Shown: one piece after another, positions 45,416-55,910 of the stretch
Layout of the letters: each line of letters starts with the position of its first letter
Numbering within the stretch: the stretch's first letter is position 1
Assembly (NCBI GenBank): GCA_963796055.1
Contig: CAWCKH010000004.1
Coordinates: 2,752,001 to 2,816,000, forward strand
Direction: 5' to 3'
Origin: an uncultured delta proteobacterium
GTDB taxonomy: Bacteria > Myxococcota > Myxococcia > Myxococcales > Myxococcaceae
DNA length: 64,000 nt
Notes under the pieces: generated by a model
Database searches by the model: none
The model's input: the letters and a program-made list of their open reading frames with translations, nothing else
Told to the model about the DNA's origin: nothing
Translations under genes and position numbers: made by a program

Positions 45416-46457
45416 TCAGCGCCCGAGCGTCATCGACAGCACCTGGCGGACCTCGCCGTAGGTGAGCCATGCCACCGCCGTCACCCCGGCCAGCAGGCTC
45501 ACCGTCTGCAGCAGGGTCTGGACCCGTCCGTCGACGGGGCGCCCCATCGCAGCCTCCCAGAGGGTGAGCAGAATCCGACCCCCATCGAGCGCAGGGAGCG
45601 GCAGGAGGAAGAAGAGGCCCAGCGCGAGCGAGAGCGCGGCCAGGCTGCGGATCAGCGCGTCGGCGCTGGTGCCCGCGGCCTCGGCGGCCCTCCACACCAG
45701 CGCGCCCGCGGTGTGGTTCCGTGCCGACCCGCCCCACGGCTGGGCGAGCAGCTCGCCGGCCTCGCGTAGAATCCGCTGCGCGACCACGCCGGTGTGCAGC
45801 ACCGCCCGCCACAGGGCCTGACCGGGCGGGAGGCGCTCGAACGCGTAGAGCTGCCGGAGGCCGATGCGGGCCCGTCCATCCGCATCGAGCTCGGGCTGGA
45901 CCTCCAGGGTGAGCGTCCCGAGGCCGCGGGCGACGGTGACCGCTGCGGGTGCCCCCGCGGCATGAGTCAGGGCGTCGACCAGCTCGGCCCACCCCTGGAC
46001 CGGCTCCTCGTCCACCGAGACGATGCGATCGCCCGGGCGGAAGCCGGCGCGTGCGGCCAGCGAGCCCGGCTCCACTGCACCCACGACCGTGCCCACCGGC
46101 TGGTGGGTTCCGGTGCCGAAGAGGCCGGCGAGGAGGAGCACCGCCAGGGCCCAGCTCCCCAGCGGCCCGGCGGCGAAGATGGCCATCCGGCGCCCGGCGC
46201 GAGAGCGCGGCGAACGGGACCCCGGATGCACGCGCCGCGTCGTGAGGGTTCTCTCCCTCGAGTCTGAGCCACCCCCCGAAGGGAATCGCCCCCAGGGTCC
46301 ACCGCTGACCGAGGGCGCGGAAGCCGAACAGCGGGGGGCCGATCCCGAAGGAGAAGACGACCGCCCGGGTCCCGAAGACGCGCGCCGCGAGGAGGTGCGC
46401 CAGCTCGTGGGCCGTCAGCAGCACGCCCAGGGCGAGCAGCGCGAGGAGGGCGCGCAT
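45416..46457 (-). pseudogene. Second RseP-like M50 protease (one PDZ) with a +1 frameshift near 46200
   Basis: 5' frame gives HELAH, FSFGIGP and IPFGGW up to FAALS. The other frame continues with RRMAIFAAGP, PDZ and LPLPALDGG. Removing one C gives LSAGRRMA. Confidence 0.78.
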
Positions 46458-46504
46458 GGGTCGGGGGAAGCGTACCAGCGAGGCCGGCCGGGCGGGACAG
46501 CCGA

Positions 46505-46533
46505 TTGAAGCCCCGCCCCTTCGTCTCTAGACT
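46505..46533 (+). promoter_or_regulatory. Putative sigma70-type promoter for lipoprotein-acs
   Basis: TTGAAG-N17-TAGACT. Confidence 0.5.
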
Positions 46534-46548
46534 TGCCAGCCCACTCGG

Positions 46549-47061
46549 ATGAACGCACGGATGGCACTCACGGTTCTCGCCGCTTCCGTCATCGGCTGTG
46601 GTGGACGGACACACGACCAGGAGGAAGGGTGCTATGCCCTGACTCCCGTGCGGCCCTCAGGAATCATCCGCGACGAGTGCCAGCTACTCGCCGACGCCGC
46701 TGCCAACCTCGGAGCGCGGCTGACCCTGTCGGGGAACGTGGTGGAGCTCGACTTCCGCTTCTCCACCCCGAGCCAGGGCGAGCTGCTCGACGTCTCGATG
46801 GCCGGCCAGTTCGCCTACGGCGAGGAGGCGTTCAGCGCCGACGGAACGGCGGCGAACATCCTGCTGCCCATCGCGGGCCAGTCCTGCCAGCTCCAGCTGG
46901 TGGACGTGCACCTGGACGCCACCACCGACACCTTCGATCCGTCCCGCTTCACGGGTGTCATCCGCATCACCACCTCGACTCCCAGACCCGAGACGTGCAT
47001 CTGTCAGGCCTGGTTCGAGTACCAGGCCAATCTGAGCAATACCGCAAGCGTCTGTCCCTGA
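46549..47061 (+). CDS. Hypothetical Cys-containing lipoprotein
   Basis: Lipobox VIGC; beta-rich with several Cys; ends 21 bp upstream of acs. Confidence 0.65.
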   Translation: MNARMALTVLAASVIGCGGRTHDQEEGCYALTPVRPSGIIRDECQLLADAAANLGARLTLSGNVVELDFRFSTPSQGELLDVSMAGQFAYGEEAFSADGTAANILLPIAGQSCQLQLVDVHLDATTDTFDPSRFTGVIRITTSTPRPETCICQAWFEYQANLSNTASVCP

Positions 47062-47082
47062 ACGAGAAAGAGGAGCGTCAGC

Positions 47083-49041
47083 ATGGCCGACTCAGCCTCC
47101 CCGGAGATCACCTCGGTCCTCACCGAGGGCCGCGTCTTCCCGCCCCCACCCGAGTTCTCGAAGCGGGCGCACATCAAGTCGATGGAGCAGTACCGCGAGC
47201 TGGCCGCGCAGGCCGAGCGCGATCCGGAGGGGTACTGGGGTGCGCGCGGCAAGGAGGAGATCTTCTGGAAGACGCCGTTCCAGAAGGTCCTGGAGTGGAA
47301 GCCGCCGTTCGCCAAGTGGTTCGTCGGCGGGACCACCAACCTCTCGTACAACTGCCTCGACCGGCACCTCGCCACCCACGGTGACAAGACGGCGCTGATC
47401 TTCGAGGGCGAGCCCGGCGACCAGCGGCGCATCAGCTACCGGGAGATGCATGCCGAGGTCTGCAAGCTGGCGAACGGGCTCAAGTCGCTCGGCGTCAAGA
47501 AGGGGGACCGGGTCGGCATCTACCTGCCGATGATCCCCGAGGTCGCCATCGCCATGCTGGCCTGCGCACGGATCGGCGCGGTGCACTCGGTGGTGTTCGG
47601 CGGATTCTCGTCCGAGGCACTCCGGGAACGGATGAACGACGCCGGGGCGAAGCTGGTGATCACCTCGGACGGCGGATGGCGGAAGGGCGCGGCGGTGCCG
47701 CTGAAGGGCAACGTCGACGAGGCGCTCCCGGAGATGCCCACCGTGGAGAAGGTCATCGTGGCCCAGCGCACCGCGAAGACGGCGCCGGCGAAGGGGCCCA
47801 AGGACATCCTCTGGAACGAGCTGGTGTCAGGTCAGTCCGCGACCTGCGAGCCCGAATGGGTGGACGCCGAGCACCCGCTGTTCATTCTCTACACCTCGGG
47901 GTCGACCGGGAAGCCGAAGGGCGTGCTCCACACCACCGGCGGCTACGCGGTGTACGTCTCGCTGAGCACCCGCTGGGTGTTCGACCTGAAGGACTCGGAC
48001 ACCTACTGGTGCACCGCGGACGTGGGCTGGGTCACCGGGCACAGCTACGTGGTCTACGGCCCGTTGATGAACCACGCGACGGCCTTCATGTACGAGGGCG
48101 CCCCCACCACGCCAGGACCGGATCGGTTCTGGGACATGATCGAGCGGAACAAGATCACCATCCTCTACACCGCGCCGACGGCGATCCGCGCCTTCATGCG
48201 GCTCGGGGACGAGCATCCGAAGAAGCACGACATGTCGAGCCTGCGGCTGCTGGGCACGGTGGGTGAGCCGATCAACCCCGAGGCCTGGATCTGGTACCGC
48301 GAGGTCATCGGGGGAGAGCGCTGCCCCATCGTCGACACCTGGTGGCAAACCGAGACCGGCGGGATCATGGTGACCCCGCTCCCCGGTGCCACGCCGACCA
48401 AGCCCGGGAGCGCAACCCTGCCGCTGCCGGGGATCGATGCCAAGGTCCTCGACAAGGACGGCAAGCCGGTGCCGCTCGGCTCGGGCGGGAAGCTGTTCAT
48501 CACCCGGCCGTGGCCCGCGATGCTGCGCACCCTGTATGGAGACCCCGACCGGTACGCGAAGACGTACTTCAGCGAGATCCCGGGCATCTACTTCACCGGT
48601 GACGGCGCGCGAATCGACAAGGACGGCTATCTCTGGGTGATGGGCCGGGTCGACGACGTGGTGAACGTCGCCGGTCACCGCCTGGGCACCGCCGAGGTGG
48701 AGAGCGCGCTGGTGTCGGAAGGCCGGGTGGCCGAGGCGGCGGTGGTGGGCCGGCCGGACGAGCTCAAGGGCACGTCGCTGGTCGCGTTCGTGACCCTGAA
48801 GAAGGGCATCGAGCCGACGGCGGCGATCAAGCAGGCGCTGTCGGCCCACGTGGCGAAGGAGATCGGGGCCATCGCCCGTCCGGACGAGATCCGCTTCGCC
48901 GAGGGTCTCCCCAAGACCCGATCGGGGAAGATCATGCGCCGGCTGCTGCGGGACGTCGCCGCCGGTCGGCAGTCGACCGGCGACACCACCACGCTCGAGG
49001 ACCTCAACGTCCTCGCGGCGCTGAGAAAGGACGAGGAGTAG
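47083..49041 (+). CDS. acs: Acetyl-CoA synthetase
   Basis: [38 protein letters not shown] and [21 protein letters not shown]. Confidence 0.97.
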   Translation: MADSASPEITSVLTEGRVFPPPPEFSKRAHIKSMEQYRELAAQAERDPEGYWGARGKEEIFWKTPFQKVLEWKPPFAKWFVGGTTNLSYNCLDRHLATHGDKTALIFEGEPGDQRRISYREMHAEVCKLANGLKSLGVKKGDRVGIYLPMIPEVAIAMLACARIGAVHSVVFGGFSSEALRERMNDAGAKLVITSDGGWRKGAAVPLKGNVDEALPEMPTVEKVIVAQRTAKTAPAKGPKDILWNELVSGQSATCEPEWVDAEHPLFILYTSGSTGKPKGVLHTTGGYAVYVSLSTRWVFDLKDSDTYWCTADVGWVTGHSYVVYGPLMNHATAFMYEGAPTTPGPDRFWDMIERNKITILYTAPTAIRAFMRLGDEHPKKHDMSSLRLLGTVGEPINPEAWIWYREVIGGERCPIVDTWWQTETGGIMVTPLPGATPTKPGSATLPLPGIDAKVLDKDGKPVPLGSGGKLFITRPWPAMLRTLYGDPDRYAKTYFSEIPGIYFTGDGARIDKDGYLWVMGRVDDVVNVAGHRLGTAEVESALVSEGRVAEAAVVGRPDELKGTSLVAFVTLKKGIEPTAAIKQALSAHVAKEIGAIARPDEIRFAEGLPKTRSGKIMRRLLRDVAAGRQSTGDTTTLEDLNVLAALRKDEE

Positions 49042-49062
49042 AGCGGGGCGGGGCGGCCGCCC

Positions 49063-49581
49063 TCAGGGCCGTTCCTCGGCCTCGCAGTCCTTCGCCACCC
49101 GGAACCCGTCGAGGAACCGGTCCACGTCCGGGGCCCTTCCACGCCACATGGCCATCAACGTGTACACGCACTGGCCGGCGGCGACGACCTGGATCCGGAT
49201 CTCCAGCCCCTGCGCATGGAAGGCACAGCTCTGGGCCGTTCGACCGTCGCCACGCGTTCCCCGGGCGTCGGCGGCGACCTCGTACCCCCGCGCGCGTGCG
49301 AACTCGCCGCAGAAGCCGTCCAGGACTCCCATCGGCTCGAGCCGCCGCCCGGGAGCGGGACGCCGACGCTGCACCAGGAAGCCCTGGTCCTCGTTGCCCC
49401 GGGACTCGATCGAGAGCAGCCGCTGGTTCCCCTCGGTGCGCTCGGCCTCGACACGGAGCGGAGGCGGCAGCTCGGCGCTGAACGTCCCGTCCGGCGCCTC
49501 GTACCGCGGCCAGCTCGGCTTGCAGCCGGCGAGGGTCGCCAGCAGCCCCAGCGCCAGCACCGGGAGCCGATGCTCAGCCAT
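49063..49581 (-). CDS. Hypothetical lipoprotein
   Basis: Lipobox LAGC, W..Y..PDG.FS.ELP and DRFLDGF (PsbP/Mog1-like pattern, uncertain); overlaps the upstream stop. Confidence 0.6.
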   Translation of the reverse strand: MAEHRLPVLALGLLATLAGCKPSWPRYEAPDGTFSAELPPPLRVEAERTEGNQRLLSIESRGNEDQGFLVQRRRPAPGRRLEPMGVLDGFCGEFARARGYEVAADARGTRGDGRTAQSCAFHAQGLEIRIQVVAAGQCVYTLMAMWRGRAPDVDRFLDGFRVAKDCEAEERP

Positions 49582-50209
49582 GGCGGTCGAGGTGCACCAC
49601 TGCCGCCTCCAGCAGCGCGGCGATGCCCCGCTTCGAGGTGTGGACCAGCTTCCGCCGGAGCGGGGGCGGCGCGCCGGTGTAGAGGGTGCTGACCCGGTGG
49701 TCGAGCTCCGAGCCGCCCCAGAGCAGAACGAGATCCGCCCACTCGAGGTCCAGCCGGGCCTGGGAGAGCGTGCGCCGCTCGGTACCGTCGACCAGCCGGA
49801 GCTCGAGCCGGCCGGAGAGCGCATCGCGCAGCTCCTCGCGCACCGAGGGTGAGCCGCCGACGACGGTCAGCCGGCCGATGCCGGCGCGCTGACATGCCGA
49901 CACCAGCGCTTCCTCGGCCCGGCGGTTGTCGGAGCCGGCGCAGGACGCGCAGGCGGCCCGGTGGGCGGTGCGCACCGCCGTCCGTCCCGAGCGCGCCGCG
50001 GCGTCGACACAGGCCGGCGTCGCGCAGTGCTTGAACAGCCGTTCCTCGAGCGCCGCCCGGGCCCGCTCCTCCTTCGCCGCGCTCATCCGCGCCTTGCCGG
50101 CGCGGGTCAGGCCCACCCGCTCCAGCACCTCGCGGGCGCGCGTCCGGGCATCGGGCAGATCGAAACCCTCGGCCGACAGCCAGGCGTCGATGTCGACGTC
50201 CTGGCTCAC
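49574..50209 (-). CDS. Hypothetical protein with Cys cluster and DUF2325-like C-terminal domain
   Basis: GTG overlapping the rnhB stop; C-x4-C...C-x2-C; VVGG...[16 protein letters not shown]. Confidence 0.6.
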   Translation of the reverse strand: MSQDVDIDAWLSAEGFDLPDARTRAREVLERVGLTRAGKARMSAAKEERARAALEERLFKHCATPACVDAAARSGRTAVRTAHRAACASCAGSDNRRAEEALVSACQRAGIGRLTVVGGSPSVREELRDALSGRLELRLVDGTERRTLSQARLDLEWADLVLLWGGSELDHRVSTLYTGAPPPLRRKLVHTSKRGIAALLEAAVVHLDRHG

Positions 50210-51063
50210 CGGCCCGACGGTTCCGGAGGAACCGGCGGAGGCTCGAAGAGCAGCTCCTGGATGGGCTCGAGCCCGAGCGCCTGGCGTACCGGGGCGAAGC
50301 TCCGGCGGTGGACGGGGCAGGCGCCGAGCGCGCGCAGCGCGGCCTCGTGCTGCGGCGTGGGGTAGCCCTTGTGCGTCGCAAAGCCGTAGCCCGGATACCG
50401 CGCGTCGAGATCCGCCATGTGCGCGTCGCGCGTCGTCTTGGCGATGATCGAGGCTGCGGCGATGGTCAAGGAGAGCGCGTCGCCATGGATGATCCCCTTC
50501 TGCGGAACGGGGCACTCGGGGATCCGGCGGGCGTCCACCAGGACGAAGCTCGGCGACGGAGACAGCGCGAGCAGCGCGCGGCGGAGCGCGAGGAGCCCGG
50601 CGTGGTAGATGTTGAGCCGGTCGATCTCCTCGACCTCCGCGACCCCCACCGCCCAGGCCACCGCGTCCCGCTTCAGCTCGCCTGCCATGCGCTCGCGGGT
50701 CTCGGCGTCGAGCACCTTGCTGTCGTCGATGCCGCGCAGCTTGTAGCTCCGGGGCAGGATGACCGCCGCCGCCACCACCGGCCCGGCCAGGGGCGCCATC
50801 CCGGCCTCGTCGACGCCGGCCACGTGCAGGTGCCCCTCCTCCCACAGCTCGACCTCGAAGCGGAGCAGGTTGCGGAGCCGCTGGCCCTCCGAGCGGTTCT
50901 TCTCCCGTCGGCCGCGGATGGCACGCGCCAGCTCCCGGGCCGCGCGCCGCTCGTCGTGCTCCAGGGCCTCGAGGAGCCCTTCGGGCACCGGCCGGCCCCG
51001 GATGAGGAACCGCTCCCGGAGCTGGCCGATGGACTGGGCGAGGAACCGCTCGAGATCGGACAT
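50206..51063 (-). CDS. rnhB: Ribonuclease HII with N-terminal extension
   Basis: [43 protein letters not shown] and HRRSF. Confidence 0.95.
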   Translation of the reverse strand: MSDLERFLAQSIGQLRERFLIRGRPVPEGLLEALEHDERRAARELARAIRGRREKNRSEGQRLRNLLRFEVELWEEGHLHVAGVDEAGMAPLAGPVVAAAVILPRSYKLRGIDDSKVLDAETRERMAGELKRDAVAWAVGVAEVEEIDRLNIYHAGLLALRRALLALSPSPSFVLVDARRIPECPVPQKGIIHGDALSLTIAAASIIAKTTRDAHMADLDARYPGYGFATHKGYPTPQHEAALRALGACPVHRRSFAPVRQALGLEPIQELLFEPPPVPPEPSGR

Positions 51064-51157
51064 CGTGACGGGGGAGAACGCTACACGCGTGGACCGACAG
51101 CCTGGAAGTGTCTCGGGGTGCCGGTGGACCGACCTGGCCGACAGGAGGGAGGCGCCT

Positions 51158-52915
51158 TCAGGCGGGCCCGTCGAGCGGCGCCCCGGCCCAGCGCTCGAAC
51201 GCGGCGCGCTGCGCATCGCTGGGGGACTCGACCGGAGCGAGCCAGCCTGCGTCCTCGGGACGACGCTCGAGGGTCACCGGCACCTCGAGCAGGAGCTCGC
51301 GCCGGAACACCGAGACCCGGAGCACGTCGCCCGGGATCCGATCGTCGGCCCGCGACACCAGCGCCGCAGCATCGCCCTTCATCCCATCGATGGCGATGAC
51401 CTCGTCGTCCGGGTAGAGCCCGGCCGCCTGCGCCGGAGACCCGTCGAGGACGCTACCGATGGCGTTGCCACGGGCGACGATGCCGGTCCAGCCGCGGGGG
51501 CGGGTGTCGCCCTCCTTGAGGCGCGGGGGCGTCCCGCCCTTGTCGCCCACCGACTCGCGGATGCGGGTGCGGAGGCGCAGGCCCACGTGCTCCAGCATCG
51601 AGGTGTCCAGCTCGTCGGTGCTGCGGAGCACACGATCGAAGAAGGGCTTGAGATCCAAGCCCGCCACCTCGGAGGCCGCGGCCTCGACGCCGTCCTCCGG
51701 AACGCCCTTCCCGTCCCCGTACCGGCTCCAGAGCAGCCGCAGCACGTCGTCCAGGCTTCGCGCGTCCCGGGTGCGGCGCCGGATCTCGAGGTCCAGGCAC
51801 AGCGCCGCCAGCTCGCCCTTCAGGTAGTACGAGACCGCGCTGTTGGGCGTGTGCTCGTCCTGCCGGTAGTACTTCACCCAGGCGGTGAGCGAGGCCTCCT
51901 CGAGCGTCTGCACCCGGCGCCCCGGCGTCGCGGCGAGTGCGGAGAACGCCTCGCCCAGACGGACCAGGTACCGCGCCGGGCTCATCCGGCCCGCGCGGCG
52001 CACCAGGAGATTGTCGTAGTACGAGGTGATGCCCTCGAAGGCCCAGAGCAGCCGGGTGTAATTCTCGCCGGCGTAGTCGAAGGGGACGAAGGCCCGGGGC
52101 TTCAGCCGCTTCACGTTCCAGAGGTGGAAGTACTCGTGCGAGGCGAGGGTGAGGAAGTCCTCCCAGCCCTTGGGGGTGGAGATCTGCGCCCGGGGGTAGA
52201 TGAGCGCGGTCGAGGCCGCGTGCTCCAGGCCACCGCGCCCCTTGTCCACCAGGTACAGCAGGAAGAGGTACCGCGGCATCGGGAGCCCGCCCCAGAGCGC
52301 GGCCTCGGCATCGCACACCGCGGCGAGATCGGCGGCGAGCTTGCTCGCGTCCACCGTGCCTCCCCAGACCACCACCTCGTGCGGCACGCCCCCCGCCTCG
52401 AAGCGGATGGGTCGGTGGGGGCCGACCTCCACCGGGCTGTCCACCAGGACGTCGTAGCTCGGCGCCTGCCACCCCCCGTCGGTGCGCTCCAGGGCGGTGA
52501 AGACGCTCCAGCCCGGCGGCGCGTCGACCGCGAGGTGGTGCGGCTTGTCGCGAAGCGCCTCGGCGTACAGGAACAGCGTGGCGCCGTTGAAGAAGCCGTG
52601 TGTCCCGTCGAGATGGCTGGTCCGCACGGTGAGCTCGTTGGCGTACACGCAGTAGCGAACCCGCACCGGCCGGCCATGGGACCGCATCCTCCACGTTCGC
52701 TTGTCCACCCGCTCCACCGGCACGCGATCTCCGCGCTCGTCGGAGGCGGAGAGCTCCTGGACGTGCCGCGCGAACTCCCGGACGAGGTAGCTGCCCGGGG
52801 TCCAGACCGGCAAGAGGAGATCGAGCACGTCGGTGGCGGGGAACTGGGCCTCGACCTCGAACAGGTGCGAGTGGGGCCGACTCATCGAGACGCGGTAGCG
52901 AACCGCTTCGGGCAT
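51158..52915 (-). CDS. M61 family glycyl aminopeptidase with PDZ
   Basis: [36 protein letters not shown] and a C-terminal PDZ. Confidence 0.93.
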   Translation of the reverse strand: MPEAVRYRVSMSRPHSHLFEVEAQFPATDVLDLLLPVWTPGSYLVREFARHVQELSASDERGDRVPVERVDKRTWRMRSHGRPVRVRYCVYANELTVRTSHLDGTHGFFNGATLFLYAEALRDKPHHLAVDAPPGWSVFTALERTDGGWQAPSYDVLVDSPVEVGPHRPIRFEAGGVPHEVVVWGGTVDASKLAADLAAVCDAEAALWGGLPMPRYLFLLYLVDKGRGGLEHAASTALIYPRAQISTPKGWEDFLTLASHEYFHLWNVKRLKPRAFVPFDYAGENYTRLLWAFEGITSYYDNLLVRRAGRMSPARYLVRLGEAFSALAATPGRRVQTLEEASLTAWVKYYRQDEHTPNSAVSYYLKGELAALCLDLEIRRRTRDARSLDDVLRLLWSRYGDGKGVPEDGVEAAASEVAGLDLKPFFDRVLRSTDELDTSMLEHVGLRLRTRIRESVGDKGGTPPRLKEGDTRPRGWTGIVARGNAIGSVLDGSPAQAAGLYPDDEVIAIDGMKGDAAALVSRADDRIPGDVLRVSVFRRELLLEVPVTLERRPEDAGWLAPVESPSDAQRAAFERWAGAPLDGPA

Positions 52916-52935
52916 GCGCCTCCCTCTAGCAGAAA

Positions 52936-54018
52936 CTAGCGGACCCACACCGCCGGCCGGGCCCTGCCGCCGACGGGGATGGTGGGCCACCGCGGGTCCA
53001 GGGTGACGACCTCCAGAGTGCCGTCGGGATGCACCAGCACCGTGTCCTCGGACTTGGCGCCGGGGAGCGACGGGTTCCAGGCGACCGCGCCCCCCGCGGG
53101 GACGGTGGAGCCGTCCGACGGTGTGGCCACGCGCTCGCGGGCCAGGTAGCCGGTGGGACCGCCCTGGTGGTGCTCTCGCCAGGCCTCGGGCCGGCCCACC
53201 CGCGCATACGCCGCCCGGATGTGCTCCAGCACCGTGCCCAGGGTCGCGCCCGGACGGCTCGCATCGAGTGCCGCGGCCTCGACCTCCAGGACGGCGGCAT
53301 CGGCGGTCAGGTCCTCGGCCGTCGGTGCGCCGAACGCGACCAGTCGCGTACAGCAGGCATAGAGCCCGGCGCGCCGGGCGCAGACGACCGCCATGGCCCG
53401 GCGCCCGAGCACCCGGTCCGAGGCGGTGGGATGCCGCCACCGCCACAGCCGCCCGGCATCTCCGACCAGGACCAGCGCCGGGTCCATCCCCTGATCGACC
53501 AGGCCGGCATGGATGGACGCCGAGAGCCGATGCCCGGTCCAGGTCGGCTCGGCAACCGCGAGCGCGTCGGTGAGCACTGCCGCAGCCTCGGTCCCGAGCG
53601 CCCGGAGGCGGTCCTGCTCCTCGGGCAGGAGCGCCCACCGGCTCCGCACGAAGTCCTCGGGGAGCGGTCGCTCCTCCGGCGCTGGGCGGTCCGAGGCGAT
53701 GGGCCCCTCGCCGGCGCGCTCCCGCACCAGGCGCTCGCGGGCCTCCGGGCGCTCCCACGGATGGGCCACCACCGACCACGCCCCGGACACCTCCTCGGCG
53801 GCAATCCGCTCGGCCTCGATGGCGTCGGTCAGGACGAACGCCCCCCCGGCAGTGACCAGCAGCTCGGCGACCCCGGTCTCGGCGGCGAGCAGGACCCGGT
53901 TCGAGCCGCCGCACGTGGCCCAGGCGAACCAGTCGACGCCGCGCAGCCGGAGGGCTCCGAAGCCTCCGTTCCGGAGCACGGTCCGCATCCGCCCCAGCTT
54001 CGCCTCGAGCTCACCCAT
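52936..54018 (-). CDS. M24 (pita-bread fold) peptidase-like protein, HHQGG subfamily
   Basis: Creatinase-like N-domain; RHP, GLYACCTR, HHQGG.TGY..RE, AWNPS and KSEDT. Confidence 0.78.
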   Translation of the reverse strand: MGELEAKLGRMRTVLRNGGFGALRLRGVDWFAWATCGGSNRVLLAAETGVAELLVTAGGAFVLTDAIEAERIAAEEVSGAWSVVAHPWERPEARERLVRERAGEGPIASDRPAPEERPLPEDFVRSRWALLPEEQDRLRALGTEAAAVLTDALAVAEPTWTGHRLSASIHAGLVDQGMDPALVLVGDAGRLWRWRHPTASDRVLGRRAMAVVCARRAGLYACCTRLVAFGAPTAEDLTADAAVLEVEAAALDASRPGATLGTVLEHIRAAYARVGRPEAWREHHQGGPTGYLARERVATPSDGSTVPAGGAVAWNPSLPGAKSEDTVLVHPDGTLEVVTLDPRWPTIPVGGRARPAVWVR

Positions 54019-54112
54019 CGTCCCCGGGGGAGCGTCACATCTCCGGTGGGCCGGCGTCGAGCCGGCGCTGCGCCGGGGGTGCCCGCCGGCCGACACCCCG
54101 CGCCGGTCCGGC

Positions 54113-55573
54113 TCAGCGCGCTCGGAGGAGTATCGCCCCGAAGAAGCCGTCGGTGCCGTGGAGACCCGGGGAGAGTCGGAGGAAGTCGCCGGAGCTGACC
54201 CTGGCCCCGAGCTCCGGGCCGAGACGGTCCGCGGGCGGTACGGTGCGGAACTGGGGGTGGCGCTCGAGGAACCACCCCACCACCGCCTCGTTCTCTTCCT
54301 CGAGGAGGCTGCACGTGCCGTAGACCAGGCGGCCCCCGGGGCGGACCAGCGGGGCGAACTGGGCCAGCAGCAGATGCTGTCGCTCCACGTGCTGGGCGAG
54401 CATCTCCTCGGTGAGGCGGTAGCGCGCGTCGGGCTTGCGGCGGAAGGTCCCGGTGCCGCTGCATGGAGCATCGACCAGCACCCGGTCCGCCCGGTCGGTG
54501 AGGTCGGCGAGCGCCGTTGCGACCTCGGGACCGCTGGCAGGGAGCGTCCGGATGCGGGCGTTGTGCACCCCGGCGCGGCGGGCACGCCGCTTCAGCTCCT
54601 CCAGCCGGCGGGCATCGACGTCCAGGGCGAAGAGCTCGCCGCGGTTGCGCATCTGTGCCGCGAGCTGGAGCGTCTTCCCACCGGCGCCCGCGCACGCGTC
54701 CACCACCCGGGTGGGCGGCGCGTCGACCAGGAGCCCCAGGAGCTGGCTGCCTTCGTCCTGCAGCTCGAACAGCCCCTCGCGGAAGCTGGGGAGGGCGAAG
54801 GCGTTCAACCGGGTCTCGAGGAACAGGCCGAGCGGCGAGAGCGGGGTCTCCCGCGCCTCGACACCCTCGGTGCGGAGCCTTTCCTGGAGCTCCTCGCGGG
54901 TGGTCTTCAGCAGATTGACCCGGGCGGTGAGCGGGGCGCGCTCGTTCATCGCCGCCGCCTCGGCCTCGGCGCGCTCACCGAACTGACGGAGAAGTCTCAC
55001 GGCGAGAAAGTCCGGGAGCGAGGCGTCCAGGGCGAAGCGCTCGGGGCGGGGAAGGGCCTGGAGCGCGGCGGCAGCCGCGGGCAGGGCCTCGAGCAGCCTC
55101 GACTCGTCGGGACGGAGCCCGCTGGTCCGGGCCACGCGCTCGGCGGACTCGCCGTGGAGCACGCGCGAGGTGGTCAGCCGGAGCAGGTCCTGCTCGGTGG
55201 TGGAGCGGCGGGCGAGCTGCGCCCCCGTCCGATCGAGCAGCGCGTCGACCGTCCGCTGGCGACGGAGCAGGGCGTAGACCCGCTCGGCGACCGCCCGGCG
55301 CTCGTTCGAGTAGAGATGGCGCTTCACCCGGAGGACGTGGTCGAGCGCGCGATCGGCGAGCCAACCCTCGTGGCGGACGGCGCCGTACGCCTCCAGCCCG
55401 GCCTGGGTGACGAGATCCTCGCGGAGCGGTCGGTCGGGAAGCTCGCCCCGGCCGGCCGACCCGGCGGCGTCGCGTCCAGGCCGGCGCTGCGCCGCAAGTT
55501 TCCCGGCCCGGACCTGCCCACCGGAGGCGGGCGGGCGACGCTCGCCTCGTCGGCCGGGAGATGGGCGCGGCAC
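54113..55573 (-). CDS. RsmB/NOP-family RNA m5C methyltransferase (start uncertain)
   Basis: QDEGSQL, DACAGAGGKT, VLVDAPCSGTG, YGTCS...EENE and DGFF. Confidence 0.9.
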   Translation of the reverse strand: MPRPSPGRRGERRPPASGGQVRAGKLAAQRRPGRDAAGSAGRGELPDRPLREDLVTQAGLEAYGAVRHEGWLADRALDHVLRVKRHLYSNERRAVAERVYALLRRQRTVDALLDRTGAQLARRSTTEQDLLRLTTSRVLHGESAERVARTSGLRPDESRLLEALPAAAAALQALPRPERFALDASLPDFLAVRLLRQFGERAEAEAAAMNERAPLTARVNLLKTTREELQERLRTEGVEARETPLSPLGLFLETRLNAFALPSFREGLFELQDEGSQLLGLLVDAPPTRVVDACAGAGGKTLQLAAQMRNRGELFALDVDARRLEELKRRARRAGVHNARIRTLPASGPEVATALADLTDRADRVLVDAPCSGTGTFRRKPDARYRLTEEMLAQHVERQHLLLAQFAPLVRPGGRLVYGTCSLLEEENEAVVGWFLERHPQFRTVPPADRLGPELGARVSSGDFLRLSPGLHGTDGFFGAILLRAR

Positions 55574-55578
55574 GGGCG

Positions 55579-55910
55579 TCAGTACCTGGGCATGCGGGGG
55601 TCCACGTCCACCGCCCAGGCCTCGATGCCCCCCGCAGCGAGGCCGCGGGAATGCCCACCGAGTCGAGGAAGGCGGCAGCGTGGTAGCTGCGGACGCCCAG
55701 GTGGCAGAGGACCACCAGGGGCTGGCCGGCCACCTCGCGCAGCTCGTCGACGCGCGCCGGAAGCTCGTGGAGCGGCACGTGGAGCGAGCCGGGGATGGAT
55801 GCCACGCGCAGCTCCTCCGCGTCTCGTACGTCGACGATGACCGGACGCTCGACCTCGGGGCCCTGGAGCGCCCGGGCCAGCTCGCGCGCGCTCACCTCAC
55901 GCACGGGCAT
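55579..55910 (-). pseudogene. Single-domain rhodanese with -1 frameshift in a G6 run (55628-55633), likely sequencing error
   Basis: VDVR..EE...IPGS and CHLGVRS. Adding one G restores LRGGIEAWAVDVDPRMPRY-stop, the canonical rhodanese C-terminus. Confidence 0.8.

Noticed and set aside
43824..46457. 877-aa ORF suggesting a giant M50 protease
   Set aside because: It results from the frameshift near 46200; downstream it is shadow sequence over the POT transporter.
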